A stretch of DNA of 64,000 bases from NCBI GenBank assembly GCA_903864915.1, contig CAIPHS010000011.1:14634-78633 (forward strand), read 5' to 3'. A model generated the notes under the pieces. It was not told where the DNA came from, ran no database searches, and was given only the letters and a program-made list of their open reading frames with translations. Below are positions 33,403 through 42,598 of this stretch, in pieces. Numbering within the stretch: the first letter of the stretch is position 1; each line of letters opens with the position of its first letter. Both the position numbers and the translations under genes were made by a program. The DNA comes from an uncultured Candidatus Woesearchaeota archaeon (GTDB taxonomy: Archaea; Nanobdellota; Nanobdellia; UBA10117).

Positions 33403-34241
33403 CTCTTTTTCTTCTCAAATCTTCTTTCCTCAGCAAATCTTTCCTTTTGCTTTTGCTCTTTTGCAAACAGCAGCCTTCTCAGGCCACCGACCTCATCATC
33501 TGCAAGGAAACGCCACTTTCCGATTGGCAAGTCCTTCATTTCCAGCTCGCCAATCTGGACTCGTTTCAATGTCAGAACAGGGAAGCCGACGGCTTCACAC
33601 ATTCTCCTGACTTCCCTTTTCTTTCCTTCAGAAATCCTTATGACAATTACGGAGTAACCTTCCTTGCCTCTTCCCAAAATCCTCACAGTTGCAGGCTTTG
33701 TCCTGTACCTCTCGGTCTTGTCCGGCTCCCAGACAGTAACCCATACGCCTTTTGATAATTTCCAGGCTGCCTCATCTGTTATCGCGCCCTTGACTTTCGC
33801 GACATAGACTTTTTTTATCCTGTATCTTGGATGTGTAAGCTTTAGCGCAAAATCGCCATCATTTGTAAACAAAAGCATGCCTTCAGTGTTAAGGTCAAGA
33901 CGGCCGACATTAAACATGGAATTTAATTCTGCCTCAGACAGCTTCTCGTTATTTAGTGAAGGTGATTTCAATAAATCGTAAGCAATTTTCCTTCCCCGTT
34001 CATCTGACTTCGCAACGAGAAAATCAACTGGCTTGTTCATCATAATGTAAATCTTCCTTTTTACCGGCTCGACTTTGAGGTTTGCAACCTCAACAACGTC
34101 CTTGTCAGCGTTGACTTTGTCGCCCAGCTTTGCAACCCTCTTGTTGATGAGAACTTTGCCTGCCTTGATGAGCTCCTCAGCCTTTCTTCTTGATGAAGCA
34201 AGGCCGGCTCTCGCCAGAAATATCTGCAGTCGGGCTTCCAT
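33387..34241 (-). CDS. S4-domain pseudouridine synthase, RsuA/RluB family, with Lys/Arg-rich tail
   Basis: S4 domain: RLQIFLARAGLASSRRKAEELIKAGKVLIN. Catalytic motif: VGRLDLNTEGMLLFTNDG. Confidence 0.85.
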   Translation of the reverse strand: MEARLQIFLARAGLASSRRKAEELIKAGKVLINKRVAKLGDKVNADKDVVEVANLKVEPVKRKIYIMMNKPVDFLVAKSDERGRKIAYDLLKSPSLNNEKLSEAELNSMFNVGRLDLNTEGMLLFTNDGDFALKLTHPRYRIKKVYVAKVKGAITDEAAWKLSKGVWVTVWEPDKTERYRTKPATVRILGRGKEGYSVIVIRISEGKKREVRRMCEAVGFPVLTLKRVQIGELEMKDLPIGKWRFLADDEVGGLRRLLFAKEQKQKERFAEERRFEKKKRWSRR

Positions 34242-34356
34242 AATCTTCCATTAAACTTACTCTATAAAAGCATATATACTGCGATATAAGCCCATTTTCC
34301 AAAAAAAGGCCTTCAAAAAGCTTAAAAACGGGGAGTATATATACAATATAGCAAAC

Positions 34357-34734
34357 ATGGGAAAACTGAAGTCAAAAGCTGAACAAATCGTTAATGATTA
34401 CACAACAACCTATAATTCGCTTACCGAGCTCTGCAACAAGGCATTGCAAAGCCAAGTTCGCGATCCTGAACTTTTAGAACGAATTAAAGGCCAACATAAA
34501 CGATTTGTTAGCTTAAGCGACAAAATTGAAGATATGCCTGTAGCTTGGAAATATCTTCTGAGTAAATATTCGCCTGACCGGAATAGTCCACAACCCGCTA
34601 CAAAGAATGATAAAAAAGCATATGACATCTTATACAGCCATGCTGCAGAAATAGCCAAAAAAAGTCTTCAAATTCTAAGCGAAAGCTTACACAAGCCAAA
34701 TGACAACTTAGATAACCGCATAATGTACGCCTAG
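34357..34734 (+). CDS. hypothetical helical protein
   Basis: 125-aa ORF with a TATA-like tatatata upstream. No recognised motif. Confidence 0.4.
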   Translation: MGKLKSKAEQIVNDYTTTYNSLTELCNKALQSQVRDPELLERIKGQHKRFVSLSDKIEDMPVAWKYLLSKYSPDRNSPQPATKNDKKAYDILYSHAAEIAKKSLQILSESLHKPNDNLDNRIMYA

Positions 34735-34768
34735 TAAGGTTTATATTTACAAAATCTGAGATATTTAC

Positions 34769-35128
34769 ATGGCCACAGATAAGTTTTCTAAAAAGGAAAA
34801 AGGAATATTAAACCACATAACTCAAGATGCATTCGAATTAGTTTCTGAATTACCAAATCCAATGAACCTTCAAAAAGAAATAAATCACGTCCAAAAAATA
34901 GAACGAAAGTTATTGGAGCTTCAGCGTTATGTCGTGTTTAATGCCAGCCTGCACGAATACGTACAACAAACCCTTACTTTATTTGAAAAGTTTAGAAAAG
35001 AAACCCTGGAAGAGCTGCGTGAGGTGAAAAAATTAACATCGTCTCAAAGAGAACATTTGGACAACGAAAGGCGCCAGATTATCTTAATGGGCTACGCCAG
35101 AATCAGTGAGATCAAAAATAAAGTGTGA
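34769..35128 (+). CDS. hypothetical coiled-coil-like protein
   Basis: 119-aa ORF with charged heptad-like composition. Confidence 0.4.
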   Translation: MATDKFSKKEKGILNHITQDAFELVSELPNPMNLQKEINHVQKIERKLLELQRYVVFNASLHEYVQQTLTLFEKFRKETLEELREVKKLTSSQREHLDNERRQIILMGYARISEIKNKV

Positions 35129-35165
35129 ATATAAATAAAAGAAAATAGGACCTTTATAAACCAAC

Positions 35166-35624
35166 TTAGATGTTGGCCAAGTCTCGTTTCATCCTGTCCG
35201 CCATGGCATTTCGCTCAGCCATTTCATCCTTAAGGCGCTGTATCCATTTTCCCATATCCGGGATCTTGCCCAATTCAGACAAGACTGTAGCGGCTGTCTG
35301 GACAAGAATTGTCTCAAAGTTCTTCTCGCTGGTATATGCAAGCGTTCTGTAATGGAGAATATTAGTGACATCTCCTTTCCTGGCGGCAGCGTACATGTTA
35401 TCAACGTCTGCTTTCCACTGTTTTTCCATGTGTTTTAGACCTGCGCGCAAATTCTCAATTTTCCCCCAGAACGGTGTCCTGAAACCCTTGTGCGAAGCTA
35501 CGCCGACATTATTTATTGCGTGCAGCAGATTCTCGATTTGTTCGTCCACATTAATCATCGGAATTTCCAGGTCGTGAACATCTTTAATGCCTGCTTTTTT
35601 CGAAGAATATGCATATGCTGCCAT
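35166..35624 (-). CDS. hypothetical protein
   Basis: 152-aa ORF with protein-like composition. Confidence 0.45.
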   Translation of the reverse strand: MAAYAYSSKKAGIKDVHDLEIPMINVDEQIENLLHAINNVGVASHKGFRTPFWGKIENLRAGLKHMEKQWKADVDNMYAAARKGDVTNILHYRTLAYTSEKNFETILVQTAATVLSELGKIPDMGKWIQRLKDEMAERNAMADRMKRDLANI

Positions 35625-35660
35625 GTTAACTGGTTTAGAACTTCTCTTTTATTTAAGCCT

Positions 35661-35744
35661 TTTTAAACGTCAAAACCTGCAAGCCGAAAACAACGATTTT
35701 CGGCTGCACCATCGGAAACAGAAGCGTTTCCGATACGTTTAAAA
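35661..35744. repeat. nested inverted repeats forming a predicted three-way junction (candidate structured RNA or operator cluster)
   Basis: Outer 10-bp stem 35661-35670/35735-35744. Inner hairpins are 35683-35690/35697-35704 (8 bp) and 35711-35719/35726-35734 (9 bp). All pairs are perfect. Confidence 0.45.
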
Positions 35745-35766
35745 GACTGACATATATAATAACAAT

Positions 35767-36171
35767 ATGGCAAATAGTGGGGTAATGAGGTTAATAGCTG
35801 ACCTAAAGACACTAGATACCCTGGTTGATTCTCTTGAAAATCATGCTGAAGCAGACATGCCTTTGGACGAAAAGCAGTACATGCTGACTGAAGACATATG
35901 CGGGATTTACAATGCGCAGGCATGGTACCTTTCCTGCAAGCAAAGCCTGCTTGATAATCCACCTAAAGAGGAAGAGTCTATGGATGTAAGAATTTATATT
36001 CACAAAAAAGTAGACTTGAAAGAAAGGGCTGTTCTGAACAAGTTCAAGGACTTGAGGGAAAAAATTTCCAAATACCAGTTAAATGAAAACAACAACAAAC
36101 GCATAAACAATTACATAACATCACACCCTGTTCTTTCAAAGTGGGTTAGTCTTGGCAAAGAAGCAGACTAA
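35767..36171 (+). CDS. hypothetical protein
   Basis: 134-aa ORF with no recognised motif. Confidence 0.4.
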   Translation: MANSGVMRLIADLKTLDTLVDSLENHAEADMPLDEKQYMLTEDICGIYNAQAWYLSCKQSLLDNPPKEEESMDVRIYIHKKVDLKERAVLNKFKDLREKISKYQLNENNNKRINNYITSHPVLSKWVSLGKEAD

Positions 36172-36211
36172 CAAAAACATTTATTAGCAGACATGAGCCT
36201 ATTTCATCTCA

Positions 36212-37372
36212 ATGGACACGGCTACTAAGTTTGACTTAATCATGGCTCCTCCGACTGAGGAAGTTCTCACTGAAGGCGATGTCAAATCCGCACTTGACAT
36301 AGGCTTGCCATTAAAGCATTACATTGGCTTTGAGATTTCAGGCCTGATGCATCTCGGAACAGGCTTGGTGACTGCTATGAAGATTGCTGACCTGCAGAAA
36401 GCAGGCGTTGATTGCTCAATTTTCCTTGCAGACTATCATGCATGGATTAACGATAAGCTCGGCGGAGACCTGGATTTAATCAAGAAAACTGCTGTCAACT
36501 ACTACAAAGACGCTTTCAAAAAATCCTTGGAAGTTGCAGGTGCTGACCCTGACAAAGTCAAATTCGTTCTCGGCTCAGAACTGTATGAGAAGATGGGCAA
36601 TGACTACTGGACAACTGTTCTCGAAGTTGCAAAAAACGTAAATCTTGCCAGAATCAAACGTTCCATAACAGTCGCAGGCAGGACTGAAGGCGAGACCATC
36701 AACTTTGCAATTTTAATGTATCCTGTAATGCAGGTTGCAGACATTTTTGCACAACAGGTAAATCTAGCGCATTCCGGTGCAGACCAGAGAAAAGCACACG
36801 TTATCGCAAGGGAAGTTGCCAGCCATCTGAAATACTCGATGCCCTTAAAGAGAAAACACGGCAATCACGAGGATATTTACAAACCAATTGCACTGCACCA
36901 TCATCTAATTCTTGGCTTGCAGGAGCCGCCAATCTGGCCGATACCAAAAGACAAGCTGAAAGAAACTATTTCGGCTATGAAGATGTCAAAATCAAAACCC
37001 AACACCGCAGTATTCCTCACAGATTCTGAGGAAAACATTAAAAGAAAGCTCATGGGCGCGTTCTGCCCGCCAAAACATGCGGAGTATAATCCTGTCCTGG
37101 ACTGGGCAAAAACCATAATCTTCAAGCTCAACAAGGAATTGACAATAGAAAGGTCTGCCAAGTTCGGGGGCGGACTGCACTTTGACGATTACAAGGAACT
37201 GGAAAAACTATATTTGGAAGGCAAGCTGCACCCTATGGATTTGAAGAACGCTGTTGCAGATGAACTGATAGATATTCTGGCACCAATAAGAAAACATTTT
37301 GAGACCCCTAAAAATCACCAGATGATTGAAGAGCTGGAAAGGGTGACAGCAGGCATCAAGAAACCAACATGA
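36212..37372 (+). CDS. tyrS: tyrosyl-tRNA synthetase (archaeal type, with insertion)
   Basis: [13 protein letters not shown] (HIGH region), [15 protein letters not shown] and the C-terminal [25 protein letters not shown]. It aligns by eye with archaeal TyrRS. Confidence 0.9.
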   Translation: MDTATKFDLIMAPPTEEVLTEGDVKSALDIGLPLKHYIGFEISGLMHLGTGLVTAMKIADLQKAGVDCSIFLADYHAWINDKLGGDLDLIKKTAVNYYKDAFKKSLEVAGADPDKVKFVLGSELYEKMGNDYWTTVLEVAKNVNLARIKRSITVAGRTEGETINFAILMYPVMQVADIFAQQVNLAHSGADQRKAHVIAREVASHLKYSMPLKRKHGNHEDIYKPIALHHHLILGLQEPPIWPIPKDKLKETISAMKMSKSKPNTAVFLTDSEENIKRKLMGAFCPPKHAEYNPVLDWAKTIIFKLNKELTIERSAKFGGGLHFDDYKELEKLYLEGKLHPMDLKNAVADELIDILAPIRKHFETPKNHQMIEELERVTAGIKKPT

Positions 37373-37923
37373 ACAATGCATTCGTACCAAAGAAAGTTTT
37401 TTTTACAAAAGGCGTTGGAAGGCACAAGGATTATTTGCAGAGTTTTGAGGCTGCCCTGCGCGATGCGGGCATAGAGCAATTCAATCTTGTTTCAGTCTCG
37501 TCAATCCTGCCTCCTGGCTGCAAGATAGTGCCAAAAGATGAAGGCCTGAAATTGATGCAGTCAGGCCAGATTGTATTTGTTGTCATGGCAAGAATCGCCA
37601 CAAATGAGCCGAACCGATTAATGGCGTCAGCAATAGGTGCCGCAATACCTTCAGATCCGAATACCCATGGTTATCTTTCAGAACACCACGAATTTGGCGA
37701 AACTGATGAGAAAGCTGGTGAGCATGCTGAAGACATCGCAGCAGAAATGCTTGCTACCACTTTGGGCATTCAATTCGACCCGAACAAGGACTGGGATGAG
37801 CTGGAGCAGGACTTCAAAATGTCTGGCAAGATAGTCAAGACAAGAAATATCGCACAGTCTGCAGAAGGGGACAAGAACGGCCTCTGGACAACAGTCATAT
37901 CGGCAGCAGTATTCTGTGAATAA
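37369..37923 (+). CDS. pdaD: pyruvoyl-dependent arginine decarboxylase
   Basis: [39 protein letters not shown], including the Ser-Ser self-cleavage site. ATGA overlap with tyrS. Confidence 0.9.
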   Translation: MNNAFVPKKVFFTKGVGRHKDYLQSFEAALRDAGIEQFNLVSVSSILPPGCKIVPKDEGLKLMQSGQIVFVVMARIATNEPNRLMASAIGAAIPSDPNTHGYLSEHHEFGETDEKAGEHAEDIAAEMLATTLGIQFDPNKDWDELEQDFKMSGKIVKTRNIAQSAEGDKNGLWTTVISAAVFCE

Positions 37924-37924
37924 A

Positions 37925-38470
37925 ATGCGAATACCCACTATTGAAATAATTCAGGATAAAGACTTACCCAAAAATTATACAGACTTGATGAACAAATGGA
38001 GAAAAATTGAATTCGGACCTGATGAAATTAAACATTTTAAAAAAGATTATTTTCCTAGCGCGAAATTCTTTTTTGTAAAAGATGGGAAAGAGATTGTGGC
38101 TTTTGGGGGATTAAGGGATATTTCGATAAGCTACCTTGGCAAGAATCACAAAATCTTGGGAATATGCAACATAATATCTATTGAAAAAGGAAAAGGCTAT
38201 GGGCAAATACTAATCTCTGCAATGATCAGTTATTTGAAGAAAACTGGAAAAACAGGACTAGGATTTACCAAAAAAACAGCATTCTTCAAAAAAACTTTAT
38301 TGAATATAAGGAAGGATTTCATAAAAAGGTTCGTTTATCGAAATCCGATTACAAAAGAAGAAATAGTTGATAACGCAGGTGATGGAATTTATTATGATGG
38401 CAAAGATGGCTTCATAAAAAAGGTTCTATCGACAAATTCTATAGTTTATATCGACATACCTCATTGGTAA
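37925..38470 (+). CDS. GNAT-like acetyltransferase (weak)
   Basis: IEKGKGYGQILISAMISYLKK resembles the acetyl-CoA-binding motif Q/RxxGxG/A. The ATG lies 1 nt after the pdaD stop. Confidence 0.45.
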   Translation: MRIPTIEIIQDKDLPKNYTDLMNKWRKIEFGPDEIKHFKKDYFPSAKFFFVKDGKEIVAFGGLRDISISYLGKNHKILGICNIISIEKGKGYGQILISAMISYLKKTGKTGLGFTKKTAFFKKTLLNIRKDFIKRFVYRNPITKEEIVDNAGDGIYYDGKDGFIKKVLSTNSIVYIDIPHW

Positions 38471-38570
38471 AGTAAATCTGTAGTTGTACTATACCGCGGC
38501 TTCTAAGAAAAACGCTTATAAAACAAACTGCTTAACCATTTGCCCAAACCTAGTTTTGGGGTCAAATTTG

Positions 38571-41165
38571 ATGGCAATCGAGCTGGAAACGTCCGCGCAT
38601 ACGGACAGCGAGATATTCAGCCAGTTGAATGGCTTGGTTAGCCAGTGGTTCAAAGGAAAATTTGGTTCTTTCAGCCCACCACAACGCGGTGCGATTCTAA
38701 ACATACACAACAAGCAAAACACGCTGATTTCCGCGCCAACGGGCTCGGGAAAGACGTTTGCGGCGTTCACAACCATCCTGTCGGAACTGGCAAACCTGGC
38801 ACAGAAAAACGAGCTGCAGGACAAAGTATATTGCCTATATATTTCCCCGTTAAAGGCCCTGAACAACGACATAAAGAAAAATTTGCTAGATCCTCAAGAT
38901 GAATTAAACAGGCTGGCAAACAGGGATTTAGGCATACGGGTTTTTGTAAGGACTGGGGACACAACAGCTTCTGAAAAATCAAAAATGATATCAAAACCAC
39001 CACATATTCTCGTGACAACTCCGGAAACGCTGGGCATCATACTTGTCGCCCCGAAGTTCAGGGAATTGCTAAGAGATATCAAATGGGTTATTGTTGATGA
39101 GATACACGCCCTGGCATCCGGAAAAAGAGGCGTCCATCTTTCATTATCTTTAGAGAGGCTGCAGAACCTTGCTGGAAATTTCACAAGAGTTGGATTATCT
39201 GCAACAATCGCGCCTCTGGACAAAGTTGCGCAATTCTTGGTAGGCCTTGACAAGGAAGAACCCAGGAACTGCAAGATTGTCAATGCACAGTTCATAAAAA
39301 ATCTTGACTTGGAGGTTCTTTCTCCAGTTGGAAATATAATGAACGTCACAGAATCGCAGCTGGAAAAAGCAACTTACGAAACATTACATGATCTGATACA
39401 AAAACACAAGACAACTCTGATTTTTACAAACACACGCGCGGCAACTGAAAGGGTTGTGTACAACCTAAAACTAAAATATCCTAAATTCTACACAGACAAC
39501 ATAGAAGCGCATCACTCATCCCTGTCAAAAGAACTCAGATTTTCCACAGAACAGAGGCTGAAGGAAGGCAAGCTGAAAGTTGTGGTCTCATCAACATCCC
39601 TTGAGCTAGGAATCGACATCGGCTATGTCGACCTGGTCATCCTGCTGGGCTCGCCAAAGTCAGTCTCGAGGGCATTGCAGAGAATCGGCAGGAGCGGCCA
39701 CAAGCTGCATGATTCGATAAAGGGCCGTTTCATCATACTCGACAGGGATGACCTGATCGAAGACGTGGTAATTGCAAAATTCGCCAAGGAAAAGCTGATT
39801 GACACCATAGCGATACCTGAAAACTGCCTTGATGTTCTTGCACAGCACCTTTATGGCATGGCTATAGAAAACAAGGATCACATTGAGAATTTCTATGCAA
39901 CAGTCAAACGAAGCTACTGTTACAGAAACCTGCCGAGAGAAGAATTTATCTCGGTAATAAAATATCTTGCAGGCGATTACGCCGAGCTGGAATACCAGCA
40001 TGTTTATGCGAAAATCTGGTATGATGCTACCACAGGTTACATTGGCAAGCGCTCAAAGCTTGCCCGTGTTTTATACTGCACAAATATAGGCACCATCCCG
40101 GATGAGTCTTATGTTCTTGTCAAGATTGGCGAACAAGTCATAGGAAAAATTGCTGAAGAATTCCTCATGCGCCTGAAAAAGAGTGATATCTTCGTATTGG
40201 GCGGGCAGACTTACAAGTTCGGATTCAGCAGGGGAATGGTCGCACAGGTGACTGCTGCGCCCGGCAAAGTCCCGACAATACCTTCATGGTTCTCAGACAT
40301 GCTGCCGCTTAATTTCGATGTGGCGATGGGAATACAGAGATTCCGGCGCCTAATGGAAGAGAAGTTCAACAAGTACAAGCCGAAAAGCGAAATAATAGAT
40401 TTCATAAAAGAACACCTGAAAACCGAGGAAAGCACTGCAAATTCCATCTATGAATATTTCAAGGAACAATGGGAATATGCGGAAATACCTCATGACAAGA
40501 AAATGCTGATTGAAAAATTATTTTTCGAGGACAAGCATTATCTGATATTCCATGCATGTTATGGAAGAAGGGTCAATGATGCGTTGTCAAGAGCCATTGC
40601 GTACATCGCATCAAGGCTGTACCACATCAATGTAATGGTCTCCATAACAGACCAGAATTTCTACCTGGTTTCGAGAATGGAACTAAACATAAAGGAAATG
40701 ATGGAGCAATTGAAAAAGGAAAATCTCTATGAGTTGCTAAAATTAGCAATAGACAACACCGATGTTTTCAAGCGAAGGTTCAGGCATTGCGCCGGTCGTG
40801 CTTTGCTGATAATTAGGAACTACAAGGGAACTAGAAAATCTGTTGGCAGGCAGCAGGTCTCTTCGCAGATCCTGATAAATGCATGCAAAAGAGTTTCAAA
40901 AAATTTCCCTGTGCTGAAGGAAGCGCAGCGTGAAGTCCTTGAAGATTTGATGGATGTAAAAGGCTGCCAGAAGCTACTCGATGATATCAAGACTGGCGAG
41001 CTACGTGTCAGGGAAATTGAAACATTGATACCTTCCCCTTTTGCTTTGAACTTGATCGCAAGAGGCTATTCGGACGCTATCCGCGCTGAAGACAGGTTGG
41101 AGTTCATCAAGCGAATGCACTCAATGATACTTGCAAAGATAGGGGTGAAAAATGGCAAGAAGTGA
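38571..41165 (+). CDS. lhr: Lhr-family ATP-dependent DEAH-box helicase
   Basis: SAPTGSGKTFAAF (motif I), VIVDEIHAL (motif II), SAT and QRIGRSGH (motif VI), plus the DEAD/H-associated C-terminal region. ATG at 38571 is preferred over TTG at 38484. Confidence 0.85.
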   Translation: MAIELETSAHTDSEIFSQLNGLVSQWFKGKFGSFSPPQRGAILNIHNKQNTLISAPTGSGKTFAAFTTILSELANLAQKNELQDKVYCLYISPLKALNNDIKKNLLDPQDELNRLANRDLGIRVFVRTGDTTASEKSKMISKPPHILVTTPETLGIILVAPKFRELLRDIKWVIVDEIHALASGKRGVHLSLSLERLQNLAGNFTRVGLSATIAPLDKVAQFLVGLDKEEPRNCKIVNAQFIKNLDLEVLSPVGNIMNVTESQLEKATYETLHDLIQKHKTTLIFTNTRAATERVVYNLKLKYPKFYTDNIEAHHSSLSKELRFSTEQRLKEGKLKVVVSSTSLELGIDIGYVDLVILLGSPKSVSRALQRIGRSGHKLHDSIKGRFIILDRDDLIEDVVIAKFAKEKLIDTIAIPENCLDVLAQHLYGMAIENKDHIENFYATVKRSYCYRNLPREEFISVIKYLAGDYAELEYQHVYAKIWYDATTGYIGKRSKLARVLYCTNIGTIPDESYVLVKIGEQVIGKIAEEFLMRLKKSDIFVLGGQTYKFGFSRGMVAQVTAAPGKVPTIPSWFSDMLPLNFDVAMGIQRFRRLMEEKFNKYKPKSEIIDFIKEHLKTEESTANSIYEYFKEQWEYAEIPHDKKMLIEKLFFEDKHYLIFHACYGRRVNDALSRAIAYIASRLYHINVMVSITDQNFYLVSRMELNIKEMMEQLKKENLYELLKLAIDNTDVFKRRFRHCAGRALLIIRNYKGTRKSVGRQQVSSQILINACKRVSKNFPVLKEAQREVLEDLMDVKGCQKLLDDIKTGELRVREIETLIPSPFALNLIARGYSDAIRAEDRLEFIKRMHSMILAKIGVKNGKK

Positions 41166-41889
41166 CATCATCAAGGAATTCGAGATTATTGATCTGGGAT
41201 TATGGATTCCAGAACAAAAGATACTTGCATTCAGCGATTTCCACATCGGCTACGACGAATACCTGAACAAGCATGGAGTCTTCATACCTAGGCACCAATT
41301 GTTAGATACTTTGGACAGATTGAAGAAAATTTTCATTGAGTTGGAACAAAAACCAGAAACAATAGTGATATGTGGCGACCTGAAGCATGAATTCGGCACT
41401 GTGAACAGGGAAGAGTTCTTTGGTGTAAGGGATTTGCTAAAACTTCTGCTGAAGAATTGCAACAAAGTCATAATCACCAAAGGAAATCACGATACAATTC
41501 TTGGTTATGCCAAAATGGAAAATGTGGAAATAGTTCCGTATTTTTTTGTTGATGACTTATTGTTTACCCACGGGGATTCAATCATACAAAGTCCGAATTC
41601 TGCCAAAGCAAAAACAATAATCATAGGCCATTCACACCCGACACTGAAACTTACGGATGATATGATTTCTGAAAAAGTCAAGTGTTTCCTCAAGGGCAAA
41701 TGGAAAGGCAAAAATGTCATAGCGCTGCCATCATTCAACCTTGTTACTGAAGGCGCAAATGCGATTGCGGAACACGGATTTTCCCCTTATTCAGATAACA
41801 TGAAAGACACTGAAGCGTGGGCCGTACCCTCCTTTAATGATGTACTTTATTTTGGAAAGATAAAGAACATTGAGAAATTTATTGGGTGA
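41152..41889 (+). CDS. metallophosphoesterase (Lhr-associated MPE type)
   Basis: Calcineurin-like motifs SDFHIG, GDLKHE, GNHD and GHSHP. Overlaps the lhr 3' end by 14 nt. Confidence 0.8.
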   Translation: MARSDIIKEFEIIDLGLWIPEQKILAFSDFHIGYDEYLNKHGVFIPRHQLLDTLDRLKKIFIELEQKPETIVICGDLKHEFGTVNREEFFGVRDLLKLLLKNCNKVIITKGNHDTILGYAKMENVEIVPYFFVDDLLFTHGDSIIQSPNSAKAKTIIIGHSHPTLKLTDDMISEKVKCFLKGKWKGKNVIALPSFNLVTEGANAIAEHGFSPYSDNMKDTEAWAVPSFNDVLYFGKIKNIEKFIG

Positions 41890-42598
41890 CTTTGATGTTC
41901 AGTTTTTGCTGCAAAGGCTCTTCGCCCGCAAATGTCAAATAACAATAGAATTCTGGGCTGCCGCTGAAATCTGAAGTTGGTGTCAACGTAATGAAAAAGT
42001 CTGCCTTGTTTTTGCCAAACTGGTTGCCATCCAGCTCAACAGTCTGCAAATGGTCTGTAGTGAAGTAGCTGTTAAACATCACGCCTGAAGCAACATCCCC
42101 ATTACGGGTGGCTCTTACAGCGGGGTCTGCCTTGTCTGAGCAGAAGAAATTTGCAGTCAATCCATTTGATCTTAGTTCGCCGATATTAACCAGGAAAGTC
42201 TTTATCGCTGAACTGCCCTTGAACAGGAAATCATTATTGCTCATCTGCGTGCATGTCGAATCATTACATACAAACGCTTCATCCATGGACCTCATGTCGC
42301 TGACATGGCTGCTGATTATAACTTTCTGCGGACAGGTGTAGCTGCAATCCTCAACACAACCTGTTGTAAACGTGGCGAAATCACAGCGCTCGGAAGCCTC
42401 GCATTTCTTGTCTCCGCAGGATGAGACTTTAAGGAATACCTGCTGCACAGTCTCGTTGCTTGTTTCATTGGCAACAACTTCCTGCGTTGTTTTTTCCGAA
42501 GACCTGACTACCTTGTAATCAGTAACGAGGAACATGCCGACGACAAATATAACTAAAGCAGCAATGAAAGTGAATACCAATAGCGTGGTTATTTTCAT
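41879..42598 (-). CDS. membrane-anchored Cys-rich extracellular protein
   Basis: N-terminal TM helix and the Cys cluster SSCGDKKCEASERCDFATFTTGCVEDCSYTCPQ. ATGA overlap with the upstream gene. Confidence 0.5.
   Translation of the reverse strand: MKITTLLVFTFIAALVIFVVGMFLVTDYKVVRSSEKTTQEVVANETSNETVQQVFLKVSSCGDKKCEASERCDFATFTTGCVEDCSYTCPQKVIISSHVSDMRSMDEAFVCNDSTCTQMSNNDFLFKGSSAIKTFLVNIGELRSNGLTANFFCSDKADPAVRATRNGDVASGVMFNSYFTTDHLQTVELDGNQFGKNKADFFITLTPTSDFSGSPEFYCYLTFAGEEPLQQKLNIKVTQ

Noticed and set aside
33258-33755. 165-aa and 93-aa plus-strand ORFs across the dinB/pseudouridine synthase junction.
   Set aside because: They are antisense to two genes with clear catalytic motifs, and their composition is implausible (L/S/C/F-rich).
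35661-35744. tRNA or other canonical RNA gene.
   Set aside because: It has only two internal arms with 8-9-bp stems and no T-loop or D-loop consensus or anticodon-arm geometry. I found no other tRNA- or rRNA-like sequence in any intergenic gap.
35663-35962. 99-aa minus ORF spanning the structured intergenic element.
   Set aside because: It runs through the nested hairpins and antisense into the 35767 gene, with a Cys-rich non-protein-like translation.
38484-38570. TTG-initiated 29-aa N-terminal extension of Lhr. Likewise the 43704..43796 extension of GluRS and the 5000..5065 extension of the UPF0175-like gene.
   Set aside because: The extensions are non-conserved-looking (C/Y/N-rich), and the 43704 extension overlaps the divergent neighbour's start. 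Internal ATGs give N-termini matching known family starts.
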